A stretch of DNA of 63,822 nt, the filler included, from Octopus bimaculoides (Eukaryota), in NCBI RefSeq assembly GCF_001194135.2. It is 6 parts of 6 records of this genome, joined end to end, with 100 filler letters (N's around TTAATTAATTAA, not from the genome) between each part and the next. Parts side by side here need not be neighbours in the genome. Positions count along the whole stretch, not along the records: positions 23,641 to 52,764 come from NC_068986.1; 5 more parts are not named here. One strand, 5' to 3'. Position numbers and translations under genes: made by a program. The notes under the pieces are model-generated. The model saw only the letters and a list, made by a program, of their open reading frames with translations, was not told where the DNA came from and did no database searches. Positions 24,113 to 36,329 of this stretch are shown piece by piece. Positions within the stretch are counted from its first letter, which is position 1, and every line of letters begins with the position of its first letter.

Positions 24113-24440
24113 TCATCATCATCATCGCTTAACATCCACTTTCCATGGGTTGGACAATTTGACTGAGGTCTGGTGAACCAGATGGCTACACCAGGCTCCA
24201 ATCTGATTTGGCAGAGTTTCTACAGCTGGATGCCCTTCCTAACGCCAACCACTCCGAGAGTGTAGTGGATGCTTTTACGCGCCACCCGCACAAAGGCCAG
24301 TCAGGCGGTACTGGCAATGGCCACGCTCAAAATGGTGTATTTTATGTGCCACCTGCACAGAAGCCAGTCCAACGGCACTGGCAACGATCTTACTCGAATG
24401 ACCTTTCTTTCACGTGCCACCGGCACAAGTGTCAGGAACG
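24113..24440 (-). mobile_element. RTE LINE 3' end, inverted relative to 23641-23822
   Basis: (CAT)n followed by the reverse complement of the RTE 3' UTR. Confidence 0.92.
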
Positions 24441-25080
24441 TGAAGCTGCGGCACAATTGTCTCACACACACACACACATGCATGTATACACATACACACA
24501 CATGCACACATTCACACATATACATACACGCGCGTGCATGTTGATAGAAGCCAGATCTCTCTATTATCGTTGTATCACTGTCTGTTTTCTTTTTATTTGC
24601 ACACAAACATGACAGAATTGTCTTTAAATTTGTGGGGTATCACCTTCCCCTTCACCAAAACAAATAAAGCAGTACTCCTCACAAATTAATTAATACATTT
24701 CTATCTAGTTCATTAGCTTCAGCAAAGCGGACATCAGACACTGGTGTTTTAACATTCTACAATTGTTTGGTTGCATTGAAGATTTCTGTTAAGCTAGACA
24801 GGTTATTTAACTCTTCATTGATTTCAATTTGTGACAATTTTTTTTTTTTTTCCTTTTTATTGAGGAAAATCTAATAAGAACTTCTTTGAAATGTTTTGAC
24901 CAACAATTTAAAATTTCTGATTTCTGATCAACAGTTTCTTACCTTCAGCATTCAGCACAAATGATATTAAGGATAAATAATTTTAACTTTGGAGCTTCAG
25001 CTGTAATTTGGAAAGCGCTAGAGGAAATTAACATAAAGTAAATCTAAAGATTTAGCATTTAGTAACTAGACAATACTGAA

Positions 25081-25146
<66 letters not shown>

Positions 25147-25147
<1 letters not shown>

Positions 25148-25701
25148 CCTGGATGCAGTACCAGGCAGTGGCTCTCATGGCTTCTGATCTTAATTGATTG
25201 GAAGTGTAATCATGTACATTGTTTTGTTTTGGTATAAAAAGATGGGCTACAGCAAATATTCTGCTTAATACCACAGATTTCTTTGTCAGTTGTTTGACCT
25301 TAACCAGTTGAGCATGTCCCTTGGTGGCTGACGATATGTGCATCTCTGATCATGAGCAGAAGTAGTCGGGGAGCATCATAGCCACGTGTTGAGAGGAATT
25401 CTTTGGGGTTTGAATAATTCACCTTTGGAAACATGGGTGTTTTGCTCAACATCCTTAAACAAACCTTATACAGCGACATTTTGAGCGGGATGGGCTACTC
25501 GACCTAAAGAATATTCTAACTGGGCCCAACCTGCCAGGTCATGTGCTGTTTATCTTGATATGAGATCACCATGTTGCGCACATATGGTTGTGATGCATGT
25601 GCCTGGTGTACCCTTATCAGACGGGTAGTCATGATGGGTATATTGAGCTTTGTATATTTTACCCCAGTGTCACTTTGATGGCATGCACTGCTCTCTCACT
25701 C
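25147..25701. mobile_element. ~555-bp non-coding repeat flanked by (AAT)n on both sides
   Basis: (AAT)n at 25078-25146 and 25702-25723; a homologous copy lies in reverse orientation at ~52893-53368. Confidence 0.75.
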
Positions 25702-25814
25702 AATAATAATAATAATAATAATAGTTTCAAATTTTGGCACAAGACCAGCAATTTCGGGGGCAGGGATAAGTCAATTACATTGACCCCAGTGTTCAACTGG
25801 TACTTATTTTACCA

Positions 25815-26340
25815 ACTCTGCAGTGATTCCTGATACACCCCAGGTGCTTTCTCAGTCTTCATATCCTTTATGGCTTTATCTACCATGCTACTGTCTATTT
25901 GGATTGCTGATCCCTCTGTTGGATCCACCTTAGGCAAACTCTCCTCCTCCCATGAGTTCTCTACATTTAGTAGCCTTTCATAGTGGTACTTCCAGGCTTC
26001 TTTCTTTGCAGTCATTAACTGCAAGTGAGCCATCATCCATGCGAATACACTTTGCTCCAACAATATCACAATTTTCTTTGGCACATTGTCTTGCAAAACA
26101 AAACACTTCAATCCACTGGTCCTCACCCTGCAGAACATTGGCAAACTCCTTGTCTTTCTGCTTCACCCCTAGCTAAGTATACCTACCTCCTAGCTTCCCT
26201 TCTAGCTGCCTGATATAGCTCCTTGCTACCATCAGCCTTCCAGTCCTTCCAAGCCTGTTTCTTTCCTATAATGGCCTTGTCAATTACTCTGTTCCACCAC
26301 CATGTAACTATGTGTCTGGCTGGGACCTTGAACCAACCAC
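25815..26340 (-). mobile_element. RTE LINE internal fragment (EN-RT linker)
   Basis: KKEAWKYHYERLLNVENSWEEESLPKVDPTEG...KAIKDMKTEKAPG; homologous to 4380-4620. Confidence 0.9.
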
Positions 26341-26341
26341 A

Positions 26342-26557
26342 ATGAAAGTACGAGAGAAAGAAAATGGAATTCACAAGACTCTTTATTCACTATGATCGCT
26401 TCAACCAATTGTGCACCGGTACCTCACAGGTGAGATGCTGCACAAAAACTTGTGGTGCATCATAGGTGCAATCAAAATATCGGTGCACAATGGGATGAAC
26501 TGATCATAGTGGATAAAGAGTCTCATGAATTCTATTTCCTTTCTCTCATATTTTCAT
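26342..26557. mobile_element. 216-bp hairpin MITE with ~80-bp inverted arms
   Basis: atgaaagtacgagagaaagaaaatggaattcacaagactctttattcactatgatc is the near-reverse-complement of 26502-26557; no clear TSD. Confidence 0.8.
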
Positions 26558-26607
26558 AAACTCTATGGACACAAAGGAATTGCTGAAGTAAATCCAGTGG
26601 GATATAC

Positions 26608-26681
26608 CTCCATACTGTTGATGACATCAGATAGCTGAATACTGTGAAAGGGCTTTAAACAGCATACTACAAGGTGTATAC
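26608..26681 (-). CDS. Candidate internal exon of an unidentified host gene (74 nt, phase 1 to 0)
   Basis: Acceptor aattttatattcag|G, donor GAG|gtatat; open frame (G)IHLVVCCLKPFHSIQLSDVINSME; no repeat similarity recognised. Confidence 0.3.
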
Positions 26682-27649
26682 CTGAATATAAAATTATTAC
26701 TCATATATATATATATANNNNNNNNNNNNNNNNNNNNNNNNNNNNNNNNNNNNNNNNNNNNNNNNNNNNNNNNNNNNNNNNNNNNNNNNNNNNNNNNNNN
26801 NNNNNNNNNNNNNNNNNNNNNNNNNNNNNNNNNNNNNNNNNNNNNNNNNNNNNNNNNNNNNNNNNNNNNNNNNNNNNNNNNNNNNNNNNNNNNNNNNNNN
26901 NNNNNNNNNNNNNNNNNNNNNNNNNNNNNNNNNNNNNNNNNNNNNNNNNNNNNNNNNNNNNNNNNNNNNNNNNNNNNNNNNNNNNNNNNNNNNNNNNNNN
27001 NNNNNNNNNNNNNNNNNNNNNNNNNNNNNNNNNNNNNNNNNNNNNNNNNNNNNNNNNNNNNNNNNNNNNNNNNNNNNNNNNNNNNNNNNNNNNNNNNNNN
27101 NNNNNNNNNNNNNNNNNNNNNNNTATTATATATTGTATATTATATTATATATTGTATATTCCATATTCTATACCCCACATATAAATAAAACATAAAAAAC
27201 AGACAGTGTTGGAACTCTTTTAAACAAAATAATATATATATATATATATATATATGCATATATGTATATATATATGTGTGTGTGTGTGTGTATATATGTA
27301 TATATATATGTGTGTGTGAGAGAGAGAGATGCTTTTTTTTAGGATTCATTAGCTTCACTAATTGATTTTTTTTGAGGTGAATGCCTTAACGAAATACCAA
27401 TTAGTTCGAGACCTTACTATTTCAGTATTATGTGTTTGAATTTTGCTGTGGGTCAACTTAGCTTCGATAAAACTACTGTCACTAATTGCTAGGTGTGTTC
27501 GACTTAAAAATCAATTAACGAGGCTGAAATTCTTAATTGAAAAAAAAATCATTAAAAAGAAAATAACCACCCAAAGTACAAAAAAAATTAGCAAAACTCC
27601 AGCTTCTGGGGAAATAACCAATATTGAAATAGACATGAAGATATGCATC

Positions 27650-28000
27650 ACATAAAAAGCACAGGCGATGGTACCACATAAAAAGCATTGGTGATAGTGT
27701 CACATAAAAAGCACTGGTGGTGGTGACATAAAAAATACCATTGTTGGTGCCACATAAAGAGCACTAGTGAGGGTGTCAACGTCAAAAGCGCAGGTGATGG
27801 CACCACATAAAAAGTACTGGTGCTAGTGACATGCAAAAAGCACCCAGTACATTCTGTAAAGTAACTGGCATTAAGAAAGACATCCAACCATGAAAACCAT
27901 GCCAGAACAGACAATGGGACCTGGCGCATCCCTTGGCCTGAGCAGCTCCTGTTAAACTCTCCAACCCATACCAACATGGAAAACGGACATTAAATGATGA
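27650..28000 (+). mobile_element. Diverged RTE 3' end with ~27-bp tandem modules
   Basis: Repeated gtgccacataaaaagcact-like units, then the ccaacccataccaacatggaaaacggac...gatgatg tail. Confidence 0.75.
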
Positions 28001-28249
28001 TGGGTTCAGTCCTACTGTGTGGAGCCTTGAGCAAGTGTCTTCTCCTATAGCCCTCGGCTGACCAAATCCTTATGAGTGAATTAGGTAGATGGTAATTCAA
28101 AGAAGTCCATTGGATATATGTGCGTATGTACATGTGTGTGTGCATGTACACATGCATGAGTGTGTGTGTGCATGTATGTGTGTATGAGTGTGTGTGTGTG
28201 TGTGTGTGCATGTGTGGTATGCACTGTATTAATTTTTTGAACAAACTAT

Positions 28250-28775
28250 CCATATTTCTACACAAAGGAAGGTATACAATGGGATGTATAATTATGAGAT
28301 ATCACCACAACATAAATTATAAGAATATGACAGTGTTCCAAAATGCTAGTGGCCTCTCCACCATCTCACTGGCCCAAATTTTTTCTCCACTTAAAGTGGC
28401 TTCCTTCTTGCCACTGTAACCAAATTTGTAGAGATACCTGACAGCTGTTCTGAGACTGACATCAACTTGTTCTGCTATATCAGAGGCCTTGCAACAAGGA
28501 TTATCCTCCACACTTCTCTCAGCAAAGAGAAGGGACCTTTCAGAGGGCCCTGGTCGATCTGGACAAGGTGATGTGGACTCCTTCCCCTCTCTGGTGAATT
28601 GCACAATCACTCTATTAACTGTAGAAAGCGGGATCCCAAGGTTTTCTGCGATTTTATGCTGACTGTCCAGCTTCAGAATGACCCTCAATACGGCCTCTTT
28701 GAAATGCAGACAGTTCCAAAGCTTCTTTTGTACATGGCATGATTAAACAGTCACATATAGAACCTGAAATATAAG
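28250..28775 (-). mobile_element. Tc1-like transposase relic (paired HTH DNA-binding region)
   Basis: [23 protein letters not shown]...RPGPSERSL...[11 protein letters not shown]...SLRTAVRYL...[18 protein letters not shown] is the Tc1 N-terminus. Confidence 0.85.
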
Positions 28776-28891
28776 AATGGCAATTAATAAAAAGTATAAA
28801 CCTTTATAAGTTAGAATAAACATAGAACAATGTTTTATGGGGTGTCTATTTACTTCTGTCGTGTGTGTGTGTGTGTGTGTGNNNNNNNNNN

Positions 28892-28899
<8 letters not shown>

Positions 28900-28932
<33 letters not shown>

Positions 28933-29135
28933 TTTGTGTTTGTGATCGTCCCCTACCCCACTTGGCAACTAGTGCTGGTTTGCTTAAGTCTCCATAACAT
29001 AGCAGTTTGGCAAAAAAAGACCAACAGAGTAAGAATCAGACTTTAAAAATAAAGAAAAAATACAGGGGTATTTCTGTTTGACTAAATCCTTCAAGGCAAT
29101 GCCCCAGCATGGCCACAGTCCAATAACTGAAACAA
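28900..29135 (-). mobile_element. Diverged composite-SINE right module
   Basis: Similar to 42553-42765 (cttggcaac...gcagtttggcaaaa...ccccagcatggccacagtc). Confidence 0.6.
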
Positions 29136-29415
29136 GCAAAATATAAAAGATAAAAGTATTCCACTCTGTTATTACCAGCTGCATACACTCAAGACTTCCA
29201 TCATTTACAATCTTTTGACAATAAACATTCATTATTTTGAAACTGAATTTCCTTTCAATTCTTCATATTAAATGCACTACTGCCACCTGCTATTGCCATT
29301 CTTATGAAAGTATATCTTATAATGTCAGCACATCTCGTCTTCAATCTGTATCCTTGCATTGTGAAGACAGTAGGTATTGAAAAGAAAAGACTTGCATTTC
29401 TCTAATAATACTTAC

Positions 29416-29609
29416 TATGTGGCTAAATAAGTCTGTGGTGCCATTTAGATCTAACGGTGGCACCCACTCTTGGGCTTGAAGACTAAGATTTAAAACATTG
29501 GTACAGTTGTACAGTGGTACAGTGGTATGGCCTTTTTTTTCTTTTTTGAGCTGTAATAAATCATCTTTACTAAATGTCAATTCACAAATCTCAATAACAG
29601 GCACAAGAG
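29416..29609 (-). CDS. Probable internal exon of an unidentified host gene (194 nt, phase 1 to 0)
   Basis: Acceptor catacag|CT, consensus donor ATA|gtaagt; 2 nt + exactly 64 codons: LVPVIEICELTFSKDDLLQLKKEKKGHTTVPLYNCTNVLNLSLQAQEWVPPLDLNGTTDLFSHI. Protein-like composition; family not recognised. Confidence 0.55.
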
Positions 29610-29934
29610 CTGTATGTTTGTATGGATGGATACAGGAGTGTGTGTGTGTGTGTGTGTGTGTGTGGTGATGTCAGTAGATGTAATAACATGTTTGGTTTGC
29701 ACAAAAATCCTTTAAGTTTGGAGATGCACAGTCTTATCAATATTGAACAACCTGTCCATATAACAACAATTATCATCTTCCCAAAAAGAAATTAAAGCAC
29801 TGTCATTGCCAGCAGGAATCTTATATGTAATTTAAATATATATTTACACACAGACACAGACACAAAACTTCAACACATGCTCCCAGATACATAAGTGTGC
29901 CTGGGAATAACATGTATGAATATATGCATGAGTG

Positions 29935-30150
29935 AGCATAGGGCTGTTTTCCCAGTCTTTCTGATGTATATGATCTTCCTTGGATGGGACACAGGTCCAT
30001 CACAGGATTACTTATTTTTACCAGCTGTGTGGACCAGAGCAACATGAAATGAAGTGCTTTTTACTCAAGAATACAACACACTACCTGGTTCAGGAACTGA
30101 AACCATAATCTTACAATCATGAGTCCAACACCCAACACCCTTACCACTAA
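29935..30150 (-). mobile_element. Diverged tRNA-derived SINE
   Basis: B-box-like ggtttcagttcctg on the minus strand; gagcaacatgaaatgaagtg core shared with 34860-35010. Confidence 0.55.
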
Positions 30151-31027
30151 GTGATGCATCTGAGTGAAGACTGCAGTTTATTTTTTCAAACAGAAACCTC
30201 TACTTAAGATCCAAACACATCCATTGTAAACCCACATGACAAACAACGCAGTGTGGTTATTCATTCAAACCCTTTTCATATTGCAGCTCTTGGAGATCTT
30301 ATGCATACCAAGCACCAAGCTGGTATTTGTATTGGAAAGTATAATGATAGTTGTTTCTGACAGGGCCTTATTGACAAGATGCCTGAGGACTCTTCCCACA
30401 CAATCTTCCAAAGAATAGCAAGCAGAAAGATGGATGTAAGGATAATGATTTTTTTGTCTCATCACATGTGAAATTTTAATTAATTTCAAATTCCAGTTCA
30501 TTACATTAAGTACATTAACATTCACTTTATTATTAGAGATGTATTATCATTCATCTATTAAAACTCTGTTACAGATTCCACTAATATGTGATATGGTATG
30601 ACATCAAGTGGTCAAGAAAATTCTATTTATTACATTGCATACTTCAGCGTGAGACCTCTTATCAGAAGAATCAATATTAGACATAATTGGCAGGGTTCAT
30701 TCCTTTTATTCTTGTGTCAGTTGTCTTATGAGTGAGTCATGGTGTTGTTTAAACTGTTCATTTTGTGAGAATGGCTTTTGATGTTAGTATATTTGCTATT
30801 ATTTGAAAGGAGATGTCCTAGTTTTGAAATTTTATGGTATATAACGAAATCTAATTTATCTTCAAGATTAGTGCAATGTACATTTAATTTAATTATCCAC
30901 TCAAAACTCTTTCATCAGTTTTATAATTAGCATTCACTTGATTTTTGTAGTAGATTATAAATGTCCTTTTGCCATTTGTATTGGTTGGTGGAACTACTGT
31001 TTCCTTTCTGTTTGATGTAGATAGTTA

Positions 31028-31075
31028 TACGTAGTCTGATCAATAAGTATCCGGACTGTTGTCATAGTAACAAAG
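31028..31075 (+). mobile_element. Mariner-type TIR remnant
   Basis: ta-cgtagtctgatcaataagtatccggact resembles mariner termini; truncated by the RTE insertion. Confidence 0.5.
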
Positions 31076-31104
31076 CTAGCATGGAAAGTGGACGTTAAAC
31101 GATC

Positions 31105-32147
31105 ATCATCATCATCATCATCATCGTTTAACGTCCGCTTTCCATGCTAGCATGGGTTGGACGATTTGACTGAGGACTGGTGAAACCGGATGGCAACACC
31201 AGGCTCCAATCTAATTTGGCAGAGTTTCTACAGCTGGATGCCCTTCCTAACGCCAACCACTCAGAGAGTGTAGTGGGTGCTTTTACATGTCACCCGCACG
31301 AAAACGGCCACGCTCGAAATGGTGTCTTTTATGTGCCNNNNNNNNNNNNNNNNNNNNNNNNNNNNNNNNNNNNNNNNNNNNNNNNNNNNNNNNNNNNNNN
31401 NNNNNNNNNNNNNNNNNNNNNNNNNNNNNNNNNNNNNNNNNNNNNNNNNNNNNNNNNNNNNNNNNNNNNNNNNNNNNNNNNNNNNNNNNNNNNNNNNNNN
31501 NNNNNNNNNNNNNNNNNNNNNNNNNNNNNNNNNNNNNNNNNNNNNNNNNNNNNNNNNNNNNNNNNNNNNNNNNNNNNNNNNNNNNNNNNNNNNNNNNNNN
31601 NNNNNNNNNNNNNNNNNNNNNNNNNNNNNNNNNNNNNNNNNNNNNNNNNNNNNNNNNNNNNNNNNNNNNNNNNNNNNNNNNNNNNNNNNNNNNNNNNNNN
31701 NNNNNNNNNNNNNNNNNNNNNNNNNNNNNNNNNNNNNNNNNNNNNNNNNNNNNNNNNNNNNNNNNNNNNNNNNNNNNNNNNNNNNNNNNNNNNNNNNNNN
31801 NNNNNNNNNNNNNNNNNNNNNNNNNNNNNNNNNNNNNNNNNNNNNNNNNNNNNNNNNNNNNNNNNNNNNNNNNNNNNNNNNNNNNNNNNNNNNNNNNNNN
31901 NNNNNNNNNNNNAGTTACAGCCCATGTTTCACTGCCATGTAGCATGGCTGTTCGTACGCATGCGTCATACAGTCTGCCTTTTACTCTGAGTGAGAGTCCC
32001 TTTGTCGCCAGCAGGGGTAAGAGCTCTCTAAACTTTGCCCAGGCTATTCTTATTCTAGCAGCTACACTTTCAGCGCACCCACCCCCACTACTAACTTGGT
32101 CGCCCAGATAGCGGAAGCTATCGACTACCTCTAGTTTTTCACCCTGG
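31105..32147 (-). mobile_element. Young 5'-truncated RTE LINE spanning a gap
   Basis: (CAT)n tail and 3' UTR at 31105-31337; coding LHGSETWAV segment at 31913-32147. Confidence 0.9.
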
Positions 32148-32197
32148 AATGAGATAGAAGTTGTTTCCTGTTTGTTTACAGTCTTTATTGCACCTGA

Positions 32198-32240
<43 letters not shown>

Positions 32241-35014
32241 TATTATATTATATAAATAATATATTATATTATATAAATATTATATTTCTGTGTTTGTGTT
32301 TGTGTGTGTGTGTCAAAGACAAATCATTGGTTTACCTAGCCATTAATGTCAGTGTGTGTATGTTCTCGTGCGTCCTTGTCTTGTATGATTGTTGTAAATG
32401 AATGTCATGCACTTCCAATATTCAGCAAAAACATGTCTGGCCATGGGGAATATTAGTTTGCTTGGAAACAGGTGAGGCATCCAGTCATAGAAAATCCACT
32501 TCGATATATTCCATCCCACCCATGCATGCATGGAAAAGAGTATGTCAGAATGGTGATGATCACCATTATGATCAAATATGTGTGTGTGTGAATGCAGGGT
32601 ATGCATTCAAGTATCTACACATCAAAACAATACATATTTTCACTATCACTGCACAACCACACAATTGCCAATAATTACAAAAGAAAAAAGCAAGATAAAA
32701 AATTTTATAAAAAAAACATCCTACACAAATTTCTAATAAATAACAAAGGTTTTTCTATGAAGGAATATGAGTTGTAACAAACCCTTATTTATGAATTTTG
32801 TCTATTAACAATGATTTTTCTAAGGTAAGTGGGTACTCATCTGTTCACAAAAAATTCCCTACATTTTTTATCACTGATTCCAAAACCATGAATAAAACAC
32901 CATTGTTTTCACACTATAAATATGTTCAAATCATGAATCATGAATTTTGGAATTTTTTTTTTTGTGTGTGTGTGTGTGTATGCTTTTTTTTATTTTGATA
33001 GTCTCTTTTGCATAATAAATTCTTTTGTAGTATCTGAAAGTTTTTTTTTTATATATATATAACATGTCACTATAAAAAAAACTGCAAATGCCTTAACAGA
33101 ATTCTAACAATTTCTTTTTTAAAAATATTCTCATCAAACTGTAATATTGTAATCTCACCAAATATTATGTAGAAACGATTTTCTCCCTTACACTAACTGG
33201 CCACTGGAGGACACTATGTGTAATATTGTTTACTTGCTCTCAAATACAGACACATATCCAGAAATTGGGAAACAAGTCCAGCCCTTTTAACTCGAAAGCT
33301 CTCTTTCTTCTCAAAATATGTCCTGTCTACTTACTAAAGCTTTTACAAGTTTTAGTTTTGGAAAAAATCAGCAGTGATCAATTCCTTAATCATCCAGGAT
33401 TGGTAGCTCTCCCTAGTAACAATTCACAGAGTTTCCAGGAAATGAGGTTTATATATCAACTTCAAGCACAGAGGGTATTTAATGCTACAAAATTTTAAAG
33501 AATTATAAAATTAACACAAATCAAAACCTTATTTGAAGATACCTGTCTTATACATTTGCAAAGTTATTGTGTAGAAATTCCTTTGCATACTTTATGCTAC
33601 CTTTAAAACAGGGCCTATATGTTTTACTCCTAAATTATAAAACAGTTATTTTGAGGTAGCCATGGAAAATATTTATCAAGAAATTTCGAGTGACCCCAAG
33701 ATACAATATTTACATATCATCTTTAAACAATGGAAAATTTCGGCACAATCTGAATTATCATAATGTCAAGAAATCCTTGTTTTCAGCTCTTATTAAAGAC
33801 AGACAGGCCAGGGACCAACAAATAGGATTTACATATGATCCTTAAGTACAAACAGAGTCTAAATCTGGAAAATTTTGGCAAAATATAAATAAATTAGCAC
33901 AGAATCAGCAAATCTTTGTTTAGAAATACTTGTTTTGCATATTTGCAAAGTGAGTTATTATTCCTCACATGCCCCAATTTACATTCTAAAATAGGGAACG
34001 TTCTATTCCTAAATTATAAACAATCAGCTCTTATTCGAAACAGGCTGGCCATGGAAAATGTTTATCTAGAAAGTAGAAGGAAATTCCCAGATATGAGACT
34101 TACATGCCTTTTGTAAACATCCCGGAAAATTTTGAAGAAATAATAATTACAGTGAAGTCAGCAGAGCTTTGTTTAAAAATACTTGTTATATCTTTAAAAT
34201 ACAGACTACATGTTCTAGTCTTAGATTTTAAAGCAGTCAGCCAGCTCTTATTAGAAACAAGGTAGTCATGGAAAATGTTTATCAGTAACTTCTATGTTAT
34301 AAACTGACTTATCTAAATTTAACAGCAACTTCAATGAGTCTTTTAAACGAGTGTATGAAAAAAATACAGTTTCTGACAAGAACTTTTTTCTGCTTCAAAT
34401 TAGTTATTTAGAGGAACACTTCATTACAGAATTTCTAACTTGGCATGCAGTCATAATGTCACTCATAGCTGATTACCATTACTTCAAGTGTTCCTTTAGG
34501 ACAGTAGGTCGGCAGAATCATGAGGGCACTGGACAAAATGCTTCAAGGTATTTGTTCTTAGTTCAAATTCTGCTAAGATCAACTTGGCCTAGGGTCAGTA
34601 AAATACAATAATACTCAAGTACTGGGGTGAATTTGACTTAACAACCTCTCCCAAATTTCAGGCCTATGTTAGAAATAATTATTTCAGGCTTTCCTTAAAA
34701 CTAAACAACAGCTGTCACTCACAAGTCAAAATGGCTTGGTAACATGTATCATACTTTCACTAATTGTTTCAGGTACCCAAATAGTCACCAGCAGACATAG
34801 TCACCTTCTTGGCTTTCCTGTTCTTGATCCAACAGAGCATTAAAGATGTGAAAGCTAGAGAGAGAGAGCTTGTACTCATTTTCAGGAGAGCAGATTGGAG
34901 CAACATGAAACAAAAACCCTTACGCAAAGACACAATACGCTGCCCAGTGCAGGAATTGAGCCAACAACCTAAAGACTGTAAGCATAACACCCTGAATACT
35001 AGCCCACATGCTTT

Positions 35015-35410
35015 CACATCATCATCATCATTTAACGTCCATTTTCCATGCTGGCATGGGATGGATGGTTTAACCAGAGACAATCGACCAGGGGCCACAC
35101 CGGGCTCCATTGTCTGTTCTGGCATGGTTTCTATGGCCAGATGCCCTTCCTAACACCAACCACTTTTCAGAGTGTACTCGGTGTTTTTTATGTGGCACCA
35201 GCACCATTGCTTTTAACATGGCACCAGCACAATGCTTTTTATGTGGCAGCAGCGCCAGTGCCACTTCTGCTATGGTGGATAGGTCTTCTTGAGTACTGCA
35301 AGGAGCCAGATCTTGACCCTTTGTTATCTCCTTCATAAGGCTCAGCATTCTGAGATTGGCCTTCAATACTTCATCCCATGTCTTCCTGGGTCTCCCTCTT
35401 CCACAAGGTA
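35015..35410 (-). mobile_element. Diverged RTE 3' end
   Basis: (CAT)n, gatgcccttcctaac core and ttcctgggtctccctcttccaca (GRGRPRKTW region on the minus strand). Confidence 0.8.
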
Positions 35411-36329
35411 GACATCCCTTGTTTATTACTTACTCCAACCACCAACCAACAAAAAAAAAAACAGAATTAATAAATAAATAAATTCCATATAGATAACAAA
35501 CCCACCACTTAATGATCTGGGATATCTGTTCAGGAAGTGCTCAATTAACTTCCTTATAGAATTTTGTGAAAGTGCCACATTGGAATTTTGAAATTACCAA
35601 CAACTTCACTATCACAATAAAAAACAGCAAGTCATCACTTCATACAGAAAAAGAACTAAATGAAAGATTACAACATGCCACAAGTACTGCACTTTCTCTT
35701 TGGAATACCAAATAAATCGGAAACATACGCATTCACACACACACACACACTCTCTCTCTCGCTTTCTCTTGCTTTCTCTTGCTTTCGCGCACACACACAC
35801 ACCACTTATTTGTACTTGCTTTCATCACTGACAACAAAGTGACAGCTAGTTTGACCCAGTTGTCACCTATCTTGTTGCAGGACATAACTTGCACTATAAA
35901 CACACATAATCTCAACTGCAAAATTTTTTCTGGCATCTAACTGACATCTTTAAATTCCAACACTTCCGGTGATGGTCATTGAGATTTTTTTATGTCACAA
36001 ATTTCAATTATTTGTTTTCTCTAAAGTAACTGTATCTCCTGCTAACTTGTTGGTTGCTTTGCCTCTAAATATAAACAAACATGTGTCTCTATGTGTGTGT
36101 TGTGTGCTTTTGTATGTGTGTGAGCGAGTGCATATGTAAATGTGTTTATTCAGTAGGAAAGTGTCAATGACTAGGAGATAGATGTGCAGCATTTTTCTTT
36201 TGTTTCTTTTATGTAATATTAATACAACGTAAAACAAAAGCAAATATGTTTTGTATTTTAAGCAGCCACCATAACTCTTTTATGATGTAACTGTCTCAGT
36301 TTGAAACATCTTCTGCCAAACAAGTACAA

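Noticed and set aside
24943-25017. 75-nt minus-strand exon with strong acceptor and donor
   Set aside because: Stop codons in all three frames; at most a non-coding or poison exon.
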